A stretch of DNA of 64,000 bases from Spirochaetota bacterium (GTDB lineage Bacteria > Spirochaetota > UBA6919 > CBDBPB01): NCBI GenBank assembly GCA_965208615.1, contig CBDBPB010000002.1, positions 96,001-160,000 on the forward strand, written 5' to 3'. Positions 52,213-62,664 of this stretch are shown one piece after another. A program made the position numbers and the translations under genes. The notes under the pieces were generated by a model. That model made no database searches. It saw only the letters and a program-made list of their open reading frames with translations, and was not told the origin of the DNA. Each line of letters opens with the position of its first letter. Position 1 is the first letter of the stretch.

Positions 52213-54057
52213 ATGTCTATGAAAAATACTAAATCTACAAACAGGAGATCATTTATATTATCTGTATCACCGTTTAACATATTAAGTAGTTCAGAAGTTG
52301 AGCTACTTATACCTTCTATAAAGGAATTTACCTTTGAAGAAGATCAAATTATTGCAAAGGAAGGAGGAGAACCTGAGTTTTTTTATTTAGTTGTTTATGG
52401 AGTAGTTAAAAAGCGTTGTGATAGGGATGACATTTTGTATTACTATCCAGGGGATAGTTTTGATGTTACCTCACTTATTAATAATATAAATGAACATACC
52501 TTCGACGCTGACGAAAAGACTTTATGTATTGCTATACCTAAGGATACATTTCTTAAGTTGATGTCTATCAACAGTGCTTTTGAGAAGTACTATCTTCAGG
52601 ACTTATCACAAAAGATACACTCTATGATAAACAAGGATGTTAATCAAGAGCTGGCATCATTTATGGCGGCTAAGGTGGAGGATAGTCTTATACACCCTGC
52701 AATTTGTGTTAGTGAGAAGACATCCATTTATGATGCTGTTAAGAAGATGAGTGAAAATCATATATCTAGTATATTGGTCGATTGTCCAAACTGTAAGGGG
52801 GGATATGGTATAGTTACTGATACTGATCTTCGTAAAAAGGTGATATTAGAGAATCGGTCTTACGAAGATGATATAGGTAATATTACTACTAATAAGTTAA
52901 TCAGCATTGATAAAGAGGATTTTCTTTATAATGCATTACTGCTTATGACAGAACACTCAGTAAAGCGTCTTATTGTTAAGGATGACAATAAGATAGTGGG
53001 TACTTTGGAGCAGATAGATGTACTTAGTACAATATCTCATAGATCTAGATTATTCCACGTTCGTATTAACAGGGCTACTAGTGTTGAGGAGTTAAAGACA
53101 GCTAGTAAGGAGTCTATTTATATGATTAAGGCTTTGCTTAGTCAGGGAGTTAAGGTAATTAATATAACGAAGCTCTTGTCTCAGTTGTACTCTCAGTTAT
53201 TTAGGAAGCTTTTTGAGATATTGGCACCTAAGGATTTGATTGATAATTCATGTTTAGTAGTTTTGGGTAGTGAGGGTAGGGGGGAGCAGATTCTCAAAAC
53301 TGATCAGGATAACGCTATTATACTAAGAGACGGATATAGAAATGATAATTTTAGGGAGATAATGAATGCTTTTACTAATGCTTTGCTGGAGTGTGGTTAT
53401 CCAAGGTGCAAGGGTAATATTATGGTATCCAATCCATATTGGGCAAAGTCTCTTAGGGAGTATGAGACTGAGATTAAGAACTGGATGGTAAATCTAAAGA
53501 ATGAGGATATAATTAATATAGCGGCTTTATACGATGGTATTGCTGTAGCGGGGGACAAATTACTTTTGGATGAGTTAAAGGAGAGGTTTTTGCTATTGAG
53601 GAAGGATAAGAATTTATTATCCCAGTTTGCTTATCCAACAGTATATATAGCTACACCTCTTTCATTTTTCAACAAGTTTATTTTGGATAAGGGTCACAAT
53701 GATATGCTTGATATTAAGAAGGGTGGGATATTTCCGATAGTTCATGGTATTAGGAGTTTTGCGTTGGAGGCGAATCTTAGTGAGACTAATACTTTTGAGC
53801 GTATTGAGAAGATTAGTGAAATGGGGATTATAAAGAAAGACATAGCAGATGAGCTTATAGAGGCATTAAACTTTTTATTAACTATTAGGTTAAGGGTTAG
53901 GCTGGATAAGACGGATAAGGGAGAAAAGCTTGATAATTATATTGATCCTAGGGTATTATCCAAGTTGGAGCAGGATGTATTAAGAGATATTTTAAAGATA
54001 GTCAAGCGTTTTAAGGAGTTAGTTAGTTATCATTTTAGGTTAGACAGTCTTGGATGA
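52213..54057 (+). CDS. cNMP-CBS-DUF294 nucleotidyltransferase-like signalling protein
   Basis: cNMP domain, CBS pair, GSEGRGEQ..TDQDNA, CKGNIMVSNPYW and DIKKGGIFPIVHG. Confidence 0.92.
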   Translation: MSMKNTKSTNRRSFILSVSPFNILSSSEVELLIPSIKEFTFEEDQIIAKEGGEPEFFYLVVYGVVKKRCDRDDILYYYPGDSFDVTSLINNINEHTFDADEKTLCIAIPKDTFLKLMSINSAFEKYYLQDLSQKIHSMINKDVNQELASFMAAKVEDSLIHPAICVSEKTSIYDAVKKMSENHISSILVDCPNCKGGYGIVTDTDLRKKVILENRSYEDDIGNITTNKLISIDKEDFLYNALLLMTEHSVKRLIVKDDNKIVGTLEQIDVLSTISHRSRLFHVRINRATSVEELKTASKESIYMIKALLSQGVKVINITKLLSQLYSQLFRKLFEILAPKDLIDNSCLVVLGSEGRGEQILKTDQDNAIILRDGYRNDNFREIMNAFTNALLECGYPRCKGNIMVSNPYWAKSLREYETEIKNWMVNLKNEDIINIAALYDGIAVAGDKLLLDELKERFLLLRKDKNLLSQFAYPTVYIATPLSFFNKFILDKGHNDMLDIKKGGIFPIVHGIRSFALEANLSETNTFERIEKISEMGIIKKDIADELIEALNFLLTIRLRVRLDKTDKGEKLDNYIDPRVLSKLEQDVLRDILKIVKRFKELVSYHFRLDSLG

Positions 54058-54778
54058 CAGGGGTTAGTAAAAAGGTTATATCTTTGCATTGTATGTTATA
54101 TATATATAGATATCGCATGGGTTCAATTATCTTTGATGTTGGAGCAGGATGTATTAAGAGATATTTTAAAGATAGTCAAGCGTTTTAAGGAGTTAGTTAG
54201 TTATCATTTTAGGGTTAGACAGTCTTGGGATGACAGGGGTTAGTAAAAAGGTTATATCTTTGCATTGTATGTTATATATATATAGGTATTGCATGGGTTC
54301 AATTATCTTTGATGTTGGAGCAGGATGTATTAAGAGATATTTTAAAGATAGTCAAGCGTTTTAAGGAGTTAGTTAGTTATCATTTTAGGGTTAGACAGTC
54401 TTGGATGACAGGGGTTAGTAAAAAGGTTATATCTTTGCATTGTATGTTATATATATATAGGTATCGCATGGGTTCAATTATCTTTGATGTTGGAGCAGGA
54501 TGTATTAAGAGATATTTTAAAGATAGTCAAGCGTTTTAAGGAGTTAGTTAGTTATCATTTTAGGTTAGACAGTCTTGGGATGACAGGGGTTAGTAAAAAG
54601 GTTATATCTTTGCATTGTATGTTATATATATATAGGTATCGCATGGGTTCAATTATCTTTGATGTTGGAGCAGGATGTATTAAGAGATATTTTAAAGATA
54701 GTCAAGCGTTTTAAGGAGTTAGTTAGTTATCATTTTAGGGTTAGACAGTCTTGGATGACAGGGGTTAGTAAAAAGGTT
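53964..54778. repeat. Tandem repeat of about 175 bp, about 4.7 copies, duplicating the DUF294 3' end
   Basis: gttggagcaggatg occurs at 53964, 54138, 54314, 54489 and 54664. Confidence 0.93.
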
Positions 54779-54809
54779 CTATCAGTCATTTTATTAGTGA
54801 AGATTTCAG

Positions 54810-55617
54810 TAGTTTACTTTTTATAGTTGTTATTTATCATAGAGGATTAGGCATACTTTTTTGAAGTTTTACACATAACGTCAACATGTAATATTTAAAT
54901 AATCCGCTCTACGCCTTTATGGGACTGCAAATCCGTTAACACTTAATAAAGGTCTATAATTCTTAGTTCCAGTAAGGGATTCTTAATAGCTCCCGTAATG
55001 ATGACTACTTGCATAAAAAGTGATATTTTGTGTTAATTACTAAGGCATTTAAACAGCACTTAAAGAGCATATAGGGGTAACCTGCTTGACACAGGAAAAT
55101 AACTTTTCCATGAATATCTTAACTTTCCTGTTCCACAAAGAGATATAAAATACATCTGCCTTTACGTTATATGTCTTCATTTTGCCTTGTATCCCTCGTC
55201 ATTACTACGTCATAAAATGATAACTAAATTATCATAAAAAAGAAGAGCCGTCCTCCCCTTAATTTTAACAAAAAAATAAACTATACTTACTAACTTTACT
55301 CAAAGTCTAAGCGTACAAGTTTATATGCATGTCTATTTTCAACAACCTAAACTTGATGGAGTGCCTGTTATACTAAACCATAAAAAAGAAAAGCTATATT
55401 CCCCTTAGCCTTAACAAAAAATAAATATACCTACCAGCCCTAACTCAAGGTCTGAGCGTACAAGTTTATATGCATGTCTATTGTCAACAACCTAAACTTG
55501 ATGAAGTATCCGTTATACTAAATTATTACATATTATGTATAGGTATGCCAATTGGGAATATTAAAACCTCTTATTAAAATATAGCTATCCCCTTTGAAAT
55601 AGGTTTAAGTACTTTTT
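54810..55617. repeat. Non-coding leader of adhesin cassette B (paralogous to 18098-19469)
   Basis: Direct alignment by eye to the leader of A. Confidence 0.92.
55233..55522 (-). repeat. Two units of the inverted adhesin-tail repeat
   Basis: gcgtacaagttt at 55311 and 55456. The first unit keeps gttaaaattaaggggag...ctcttcttttttatg on the minus strand. Confidence 0.9.
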
Positions 55618-55741
55618 TTAGTTGTATTTTTCTTTGAGATTGATTACCTTATAGTAGATTTATTTTTAAATGATATAGCTTTATATGCGTTGGCCTATTA
55701 GAGCTTAACGTTTTAAGCTAAAAAAAACAATAGGGGGAATC

Positions 55742-58408
55742 ATGAAGAAAGTATTCTTTATTTTACTAACTTTAGCTTTATTAACAGGATGCGGAGAGGA
55801 TGATATATCCTGTGAGGCTCTGGGTGATTGTGATAAAAATGTTGAAAGTCAGCTAGACAAAGCAGATAAAGATGTTGCAGCTGCAGAGGAAGAGCTAAAT
55901 AAATTAGAAGTAGATGGGATAAATGATGGAAATAAAGAAGAGGTAGTAGGAAAAGTAGAAGATATAGCAACAGGAGTACAGAAAGCAGTAGATAGCTTAA
56001 AAGATGTAGTCGAAGAAGAAAAACTAAAAAATATAAAAAATAAACTTATAACAATATTAAATAGTTTAACAGACGCAGACACAAAAAAAGTAAGAGAAAT
56101 AGTAAATGTGCTAAAAACAGCAGTAAAAGGCCTAAAAACAGCAGTAGAAGCTTTAAAAGGCTTAGTAGACGAGGGAAAAGGAAAAAAGACCTGTAAGGTA
56201 ACAAGTAATACGGATACTCATAGAGGCGTTGTTACTTGTGATAAAACTACTAAAACTAAGTGTGATACTGATAAGGGTACCTGGGACCCACCAAGCTGTG
56301 AGCCGTCTGCTGGTACAGAAAGGCAAACACCAGTGGAAGAAAAGGTTTGTAAGGTAACAAAAGATACGGATACTCATACAGGCGTTGTTACTTGTGATAA
56401 AACTACTAAAACTAAGTGTGATACTGATAAGGGTACCTGGGACCCACCAAGCTGTGAGCCGTCTGCTGGTAAGGCAATTAAGGTTTGTAAGGTAACAAAA
56501 GATACGGATACTCATGCTAACGTTATTACTTGTGATACAATGGTTCAAAGTGAGTGTAGTAAAAGAGATGGTGAGTGGGGAGTGCAATGTACTAAATCTA
56601 ATGGTATGCCTAAGATTAGGCTTTGTAAGGTAAAAAAAGATACGGATGATTATATCGGCGTTATTACTTGTGATACAACTACTAAGGCTAATTGTCAAGG
56701 TGAGTGGGATTCACAAGACTGTAGGCCATCTGATGGTACTCCAATTAAGATATGTAAAGTAAAAAAAGATACGACTACTCATATCGGCATTGTTACTTGT
56801 AAGAAGACTACTAAAACTAAGTGTAATACTGATAAGGGTACCTGGGGGTCCACCAAGCTGTAATCAAAATCCTGGAGCTCTCATACCAGCTGGGGTTGTT
56901 TTTGTAAAAGCTGGAACTCGTACTACTAAAAACGGTAAAACCTGGAAAAACTGCTTATAGTGACCTACAAAAGGCTATTGATGAAGCTAAGAAAGCTAAT
57001 AAACCTAAGGTATATGTAGCCCAAGGGACTTACAAGCCTACTGGTCATCCAAATGGTGGTAATGGTGGACGTGAAAAGCATTTTTCATTAAGGAATGGTG
57101 TAGAGGTTATTGGTGGTTATAAAGGTGAAAAGGTTGATGAGTCTAATAATCCTAACTACTATAAGACTATCCTAAGCGGTGATAATAACGCCTATCATGT
57201 TTTTTATCATCCCGCTATTGCAAACTTAGATAAAACAGCAAAGTTAGTGGAGGTTACTATTACCAAAGGCAATGCTAATGGTAGTGATCCTCATGAATAC
57301 GGAGGGGGCATGTATAATTATAATAGCCATCCCACTTTAACAACTGTGATTTTTGAGAGTAATAAGGCCGGATGGGGAGGGGGCATGTATAATGAGTATA
57401 GCTCTCCAGAGTTAAGAAATGTGACTTTTGAGAGTAATAAGGCCGGATGGGGAGGGGGCATGTATAATAAGGATAATAGCAAGCCAAAGTTAACAAATGT
57501 GACTTTTACTTAGTAATGAGGCCTCATACGGAGGGGGCATGTTTAATATTAATAGTTCTCCAGAGTTAAAAGATGTGACTTTTGATAGCAATGAGGCTAA
57601 GCAATACGGAGGGGGCATGTATAATAAGGATAATAGCAAGCCAAAGTTAACAAATGTGACTTTTACTAGTAATGAGGCCTCATACGGAGGGGGCATGTTT
57701 AATATTAATAGTTCTCCAGAGTTAAAAGATGTGACTTTTGATAGCAATGAGGCTAAGCAATACGGAGGGGGCATGGGTAATGAGAAGAGCTCTCCCACTT
57801 TAAAAGATGTGGAGTTTACTAGTAATACGGCCGACTTAGGAGGGGGCATGTATAATAATAATAGCTCTCCCAAGTTAACAAATGTGACTTTTACTAGTAA
57901 TACGGCTAATAGGTACGGAGGGGGCATGTTTAATAGTGATAGCTATCCAACGTTAAGAAATGTGACTTTTACTAGTAATGAGGCCTCATACGGAGGGGGC
58001 ATGACTAATTATAAAACCTTTCCCACTTTAAAAGATGTGACTTTTACTAGTAATACGGCTACTAAAGGAGGGGGCATGTATAATTATAAAACCTTTCCCA
58101 CTTTAAAAGATGTGACTTTTAATAGCAATGAGGCTAAGCAATACGGAGGGGGCATGTATAATAGTGATAATAGCAAGCCCACTTTAGATAATACGGTGAT
58201 TTTTAATAAAAACATTGCTGGTAGCATTGAAGATAAAAAAGAAGGAAAAGGCGGGGCTATTTATAATGTTGTTGGTAAAGATAATATTCCTGACTCAAGC
58301 ATAACAGGCACACCAACCTATGGAACGGGTACTAATGAAAATAAAAAGGTTGTCAAAGTGGGTAATACATATAAACTTGTACAGTCAAACCTTGAGTCAG
58401 GCCAGTAA
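55742..58408 (+). CDS. Adhesin-like lipoprotein B: coiled coil, 5 Cys-rich repeats and a beta-helix (+1 frameshifts near 56847, 56948 and 57510)
   Basis: GGGGG SD; MKKVFFILLTLALLTG-C lipobox; collinear with A once the indels are removed. Confidence 0.83.
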
Positions 58409-58434
58409 GTATATTTATTTAGTCCGTTAAAATT

Positions 58435-58461
58435 AAGGGGAGCATAGCTCCTCTTTTTTTT
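58435..58461 (+). terminator. Intrinsic terminator after adhesin B
   Basis: Same hairpin and T-tract as after A and C. Confidence 0.85.
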
Positions 58462-58512
58462 ATTGGTTTTAATAACATTGAAATATTTATAGATGTAGGT
58501 TATATTTACTTA

Positions 58513-59062
58513 ATGGAGGAGCTTATGTTTAATATAAAAAACAGTATCTTACTTGTAATAGATGTACAAACTAGACTAGCTAATGTAATGCATGATCTAA
58601 ACATCTTAATTCATAATTTAAAGCGGATCATTAATGGAGCTAAAATTCTTGGCTTACCTATTATTGTTACTGAACAATATCCTGAGGGTATTGGCCATAC
58701 TATAGAAGAAATAGAACAGCTTTTACCTAAGAATCCTATATCAAAGTTAACTTTTAGTTGTTGTGAGGATCAAAGGTTTATAGAAGAACTTGAAAAACAT
58801 AATAGAAAACAGGTTATTGTATGCGGTATAGAAACTCATATATGCGTATACCAAAACCGTGGTTAGCCTTATTGAGAGAGGTTATGAGGTGCAGGTTATA
58901 TCCGATGGGGTATCATCTAGAAAACTGGATAATAAGATAATCGGCCTTGAGCTTATGAGAGATTGTGGGGCTAAACTTACCTGCATAGAAACCATTTTAT
59001 TTGAACTTCTAAAGTTAGCATCGGGTGATAAATTTAAAGAAATACTAAAAATTGTTAAATAG
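58513..59062 (+). CDS. Isochorismatase-family hydrolase (frameshift near 58855)
   Basis: LLVIDVQ, TEQYPEGIG, KLTFSC, GIETHICVYQ and DGVSSR. Confidence 0.88.
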
Positions 59063-59294
59063 TATAGTTTTATAATTACTTAGTATTAACTTACTTAACG
59101 GTGCTTAGCTAACAGGCTTATTGCCTGGTAGATTATATGGCTTAGTGGACAACTTAAATTATATCATTTTGATTTGTCTTAGATGGACTATTTTATTATA
59201 CTAAGGGCTAGATATTTATATAATATTTTATATTCACAGAAATAGTTTATCTATATTTATTAAGTTGTATATAAAATAGATTAGGGTTATAAAG

Positions 59295-60146
59295 TTGAGA
59301 TTTAGTTATAACGTTGGTTTTGGAAAACAAAGTATCACTCCTGGTATTAAATGGATTATGATTATAACAGGAGTTTGTTATTTAATTGAATTAATATCCC
59401 CAGATTTTACTCTTTGGTGGTTTAGGCTTAATCCTGCTGGAAGTAACGAAGCAGGTACTGTTAGTAATTTTCAGATATGGCAACCTATTACATATATGTT
59501 TCTTCATAATCCTGGTAGTTTTCTTCATATACTATTTAATATGTTTGCCCTTTGGATGTTTGGTATTTCCTATGAGAGACAGTTTGGTACTAAAGATTTT
59601 TTAAAGCTATACTTTATATCTGGTATTGGAACAGGGATTATCCTATCATTTTTCTTAACTAATGTATTAGGAGCCTCAGCCGCTGTTTTTGCTGTATTAG
59701 TATCATTTGCATATATGTGGCCTAATGCACAGGTACTTTTAATGTTTGTTATCCCTGTTAGAGCTAAGACCGCTGTAATTGTCTTTATAGTCCTCGAGTT
59801 ATTTTTTACCATTCAGACCGCTAAAAGTAATATTGCTCATTCGGGGCATTTATTAGGTGCTTTAATAGGATTTATCTATTTACAAGCGGTACACAAACGC
59901 TATAACTTATTTAGTTCTTTTTTTACATGGTATCATAACTTATTTTACAAGACTAAATCATCAGTTAAGGCCAAAAGTAAGGCTAAAATTATAAAAAAAG
60001 AACAGTGGACAAAAGATAAGGTTAATTTACTACTAGAAAAAATATCTAAACATGGTATAAGCTCTCTCACAAAAGAAGAAAAAGATTTTCTTGATAGGGT
60101 TAGCTCAGAATACAAAAGTGATTCTTATAAAAGTGATCTAGACTAA
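59295..60146 (+). CDS. Rhomboid intramembrane serine protease
   Basis: TYMFLH, HILFNM, GASAA and AHSGHLLG. Confidence 0.92.
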   Translation: MRFSYNVGFGKQSITPGIKWIMIITGVCYLIELISPDFTLWWFRLNPAGSNEAGTVSNFQIWQPITYMFLHNPGSFLHILFNMFALWMFGISYERQFGTKDFLKLYFISGIGTGIILSFFLTNVLGASAAVFAVLVSFAYMWPNAQVLLMFVIPVRAKTAVIVFIVLELFFTIQTAKSNIAHSGHLLGALIGFIYLQAVHKRYNLFSSFFTWYHNLFYKTKSSVKAKSKAKIIKKEQWTKDKVNLLLEKISKHGISSLTKEEKDFLDRVSSEYKSDSYKSDLD

Positions 60147-60220
60147 TAATGGCTCCTAATTAAGTTAAATAGCATAAGTTTTTTAATAGCTTTAATAATA
60201 TCAAAAAGGAATATGAGCTT

Positions 60221-60643
60221 ATGGAAAATAAAAAAAAGCCTAAGTATATGATACTTGTTATAGTATTCGTTGTAATATTTTTACTATCCTTTGCTATACT
60301 AATTCTTATTGAAATCAAAGACCCTAATCATGGTATTATTAAGCGTTTAACTATATCCAAAGAGGTTTTGTTTAGTAAGGATTGGTTAAAAAAATATTAT
60401 GTATACGAAGAACTTTTAAAAGAGGTCAAGGATAAAGATGCAAGGCTTAAAAGCATAGATAAAGAAATTAAAACAAAAAAGGATATTTTAAGTAATATAG
60501 ACAGCTTAATCGAATTACGTGTTCCCCTTTTAAAGAGCAAGGTAGAGGTATTAAGTAACAAAGTAGACGTATTAAATAATAGAGTTCCTAGTCACAATAA
60601 AAAAAGTAGTCGTACAAAGGCTAAAAAGCCAACCAGTAAATAA
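60221..60643 (+). CDS. Hypothetical membrane-anchored coiled-coil protein
   Basis: N-terminal TM segment followed by a coil; AAGGA SD. Confidence 0.6.
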   Translation: MENKKKPKYMILVIVFVVIFLLSFAILILIEIKDPNHGIIKRLTISKEVLFSKDWLKKYYVYEELLKEVKDKDARLKSIDKEIKTKKDILSNIDSLIELRVPLLKSKVEVLSNKVDVLNNRVPSHNKKSSRTKAKKPTSK

Positions 60644-60684
60644 TAACCAACTTATAAAAGACCTATTATAAACAGACTAACAAT

Positions 60685-61515
60685 ATGAGTTCTTCATTAG
60701 GAATTATAAAAGAGATATTTATATACACGTCCAAAACCGGTAAGAGTATATTATTCTTTTTACTAGAGTCCACAATATTTTTTATAATATCCCTGATAAT
60801 AGGTTTTTTCATATCTATATCCATATTCTCTCTGGGAACAGGAGATCTAATTTCAGTCTATAAACAAGTCGTATCCTTGGGATTAGTTTTTACTGTTATC
60901 AGTTTTTTTGTATACAGGTTTATCAAAGCTTTTATAGAGGAGTGGAGGATTCTATCTTTTTCTGATTTAACCATTAATCAAAAACGATTATTATGTTTTA
61001 TTTATTCGTCATCTAGTTTAGTTCCAAGATGGTTTGCTTTTATAAGCACTCTTTTATTTTGGATATTTCTTATTATTATTAGCTCATTCATTTTGTGGAT
61101 GATTAGTTATTTAGCCTTGGGATTTCTTATATCATATTTTAATATAAGCTCAGAGACAATAATTTATATTTATAATGGTCTTTTTAAGCTTGGTAATATC
61201 TTAAAAGCTTTTGCATTTAATTTATACGAAAATACTGAATCGGATATACAGCTGAATAGCTTATCCAGTACCTTTTGGTGGACAGTTATAATATTTTTAG
61301 AGACTATTTTTATTATGAGTCTTTTTGATGGAAAGTTAATATTAAAAAAGATTTTTAAGTCTAAGGACAATGATAAAGTTAGTACATCAGCGGTTTTTAG
61401 GGGATCAGCCTTTGCTATTTGGTACTTATTATTGGTTAGTTGTCACTTGATTTTTATTTATGTGTTAATTTATGTATTCATTTTTTATAGGTCTATTAGT
61501 CTTATTATAGAATAG
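60685..61515 (+). CDS. Hypothetical polytopic membrane protein
   Basis: Five to six hydrophobic segments. Confidence 0.6.
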   Translation: MSSSLGIIKEIFIYTSKTGKSILFFLLESTIFFIISLIIGFFISISIFSLGTGDLISVYKQVVSLGLVFTVISFFVYRFIKAFIEEWRILSFSDLTINQKRLLCFIYSSSSLVPRWFAFISTLLFWIFLIIISSFILWMISYLALGFLISYFNISSETIIYIYNGLFKLGNILKAFAFNLYENTESDIQLNSLSSTFWWTVIIFLETIFIMSLFDGKLILKKIFKSKDNDKVSTSAVFRGSAFAIWYLLLVSCHLIFIYVLIYVFIFYRSISLIIE

Positions 61516-61676
61516 GGCATTCTTAACGTTGATGATTATGATATAAAACCCCACTTGTATAACAAAACATCTTCTACAATATACTTATATTTTTATGGAA
61601 TTTTATAAATATTACGTTATAATAGTGTATTATATTATTTAACTAACAATAATATAATAAATTTAAACTTAAATTA

Positions 61677-62234
61677 ATGGGGACTTTAAAACTAATGAAA
61701 TTAACAAGGTTGTTTTTATTGATTATAGGACTGTCTTTGATAGTCTATTCAGGCTGTGAAGGTCTAGATTTACCAGCGGAGTTCAAAGATGGTAAATGTG
61801 AAGTAAGCTTTGATGATATTAGTAGTCAAAAGAAGGTAACTATATGTTATGAAAAGGTTACATCAAGTGCTTGTAACGATTATGAGACGAAAGTAGAAAC
61901 CTTTATAAAAAGTATAGGACTTACAAAAGGGGCTAAGTTGTATCACGCCTTAGAAAGCTGTTCAACTGATGCTGATGTTACCTGTACAATAGGCTCTATA
62001 AAGTTTTACACCAAAAATACTGAATATAATAATGCATTTAAAAAGTACTGTACAAGTAAAGGGGGGAAAGCAGAGGTTAAAGTAGTTAACAAAGGTAAAG
62101 ATAGAACTAATAAGAAAAAAGGTGAGAAGGATGGAGAAATAGTTAATAACAAAAATAATGGGAAGGGTGGAAAAAAAGTTAATAACAAAAATAATAAGAA
62201 GGATGGAGAAATAGTTAATAACAGAAAGGGATAG
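61677..62234 (+). CDS. Cys-rich lipoprotein with a K/N/G-rich repetitive tail
   Basis: Lipobox VYSG-C (likely start 61695); six further cysteines; KDGEIVNN twice. Confidence 0.7.
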   Translation: MGTLKLMKLTRLFLLIIGLSLIVYSGCEGLDLPAEFKDGKCEVSFDDISSQKKVTICYEKVTSSACNDYETKVETFIKSIGLTKGAKLYHALESCSTDADVTCTIGSIKFYTKNTEYNNAFKKYCTSKGGKAEVKVVNKGKDRTNKKKGEKDGEIVNNKNNGKGGKKVNNKNNKKDGEIVNNRKG

Positions 62235-62608
62235 TGGTTAAAATACTATGGAACACATTTAAAGAACAGAGAAAGGGCTATTTATACATTAACGATCTTG
62301 AGGAGTATATTGATAGGGTAATACGTTATGAATCGCCTTATCAGATATGTATATTCGGGTCTTTAGCGGATAAAAACTACGACTGGAATAGTGATATAGA
62401 TTTATTTATATTATTTGATAAGCCCTGTTCTTTTTGGATTATGAAGGATAGGCTTTTAGCCTATAGTACATTGGAAGAGAATATTTTTGATATATTCCCA
62501 TATTACATAGACGACTTTAAAAAGCTGTCTAAGAATAAGGATTTATTTATTTATGAGTCTATAAAGAATGCTATAATAATATACGACAAATCAGATAATA
62601 ATTATTAA
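62234..62608 (+). CDS. Minimal nucleotidyltransferase (MNT) domain protein
   Basis: IFGSLA...SDIDL...FDI motif. Confidence 0.8.
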   Translation: MVKILWNTFKEQRKGYLYINDLEEYIDRVIRYESPYQICIFGSLADKNYDWNSDIDLFILFDKPCSFWIMKDRLLAYSTLEENIFDIFPYYIDDFKKLSKNKDLFIYESIKNAIIIYDKSDNNY

Positions 62609-62664
62609 CACTCCTACATAGACTCAATAATACTGCTTTTCAATTTAGATAGTCAGTAAAAACA

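Noticed and set aside
53964-54778. CRISPR array, or genuine 76-aa genes at 54309 and 54484
   Set aside because: There are no spacers, and the ORF lengths depend on single-G homopolymer differences between repeat copies.
16785-59062. Widespread pseudogenisation or programmed frameshifting (M23, nuoA/B/D/G, methyltransferase, ccoI, adhesin B, isochorismatase)
   Set aside because: The breaks I could trace are mostly single extra bases in short homopolymers, including in essential complex I genes, which is the pattern of uncorrected long-read error. Phase variation in adhesin B is not excluded but is not supported.
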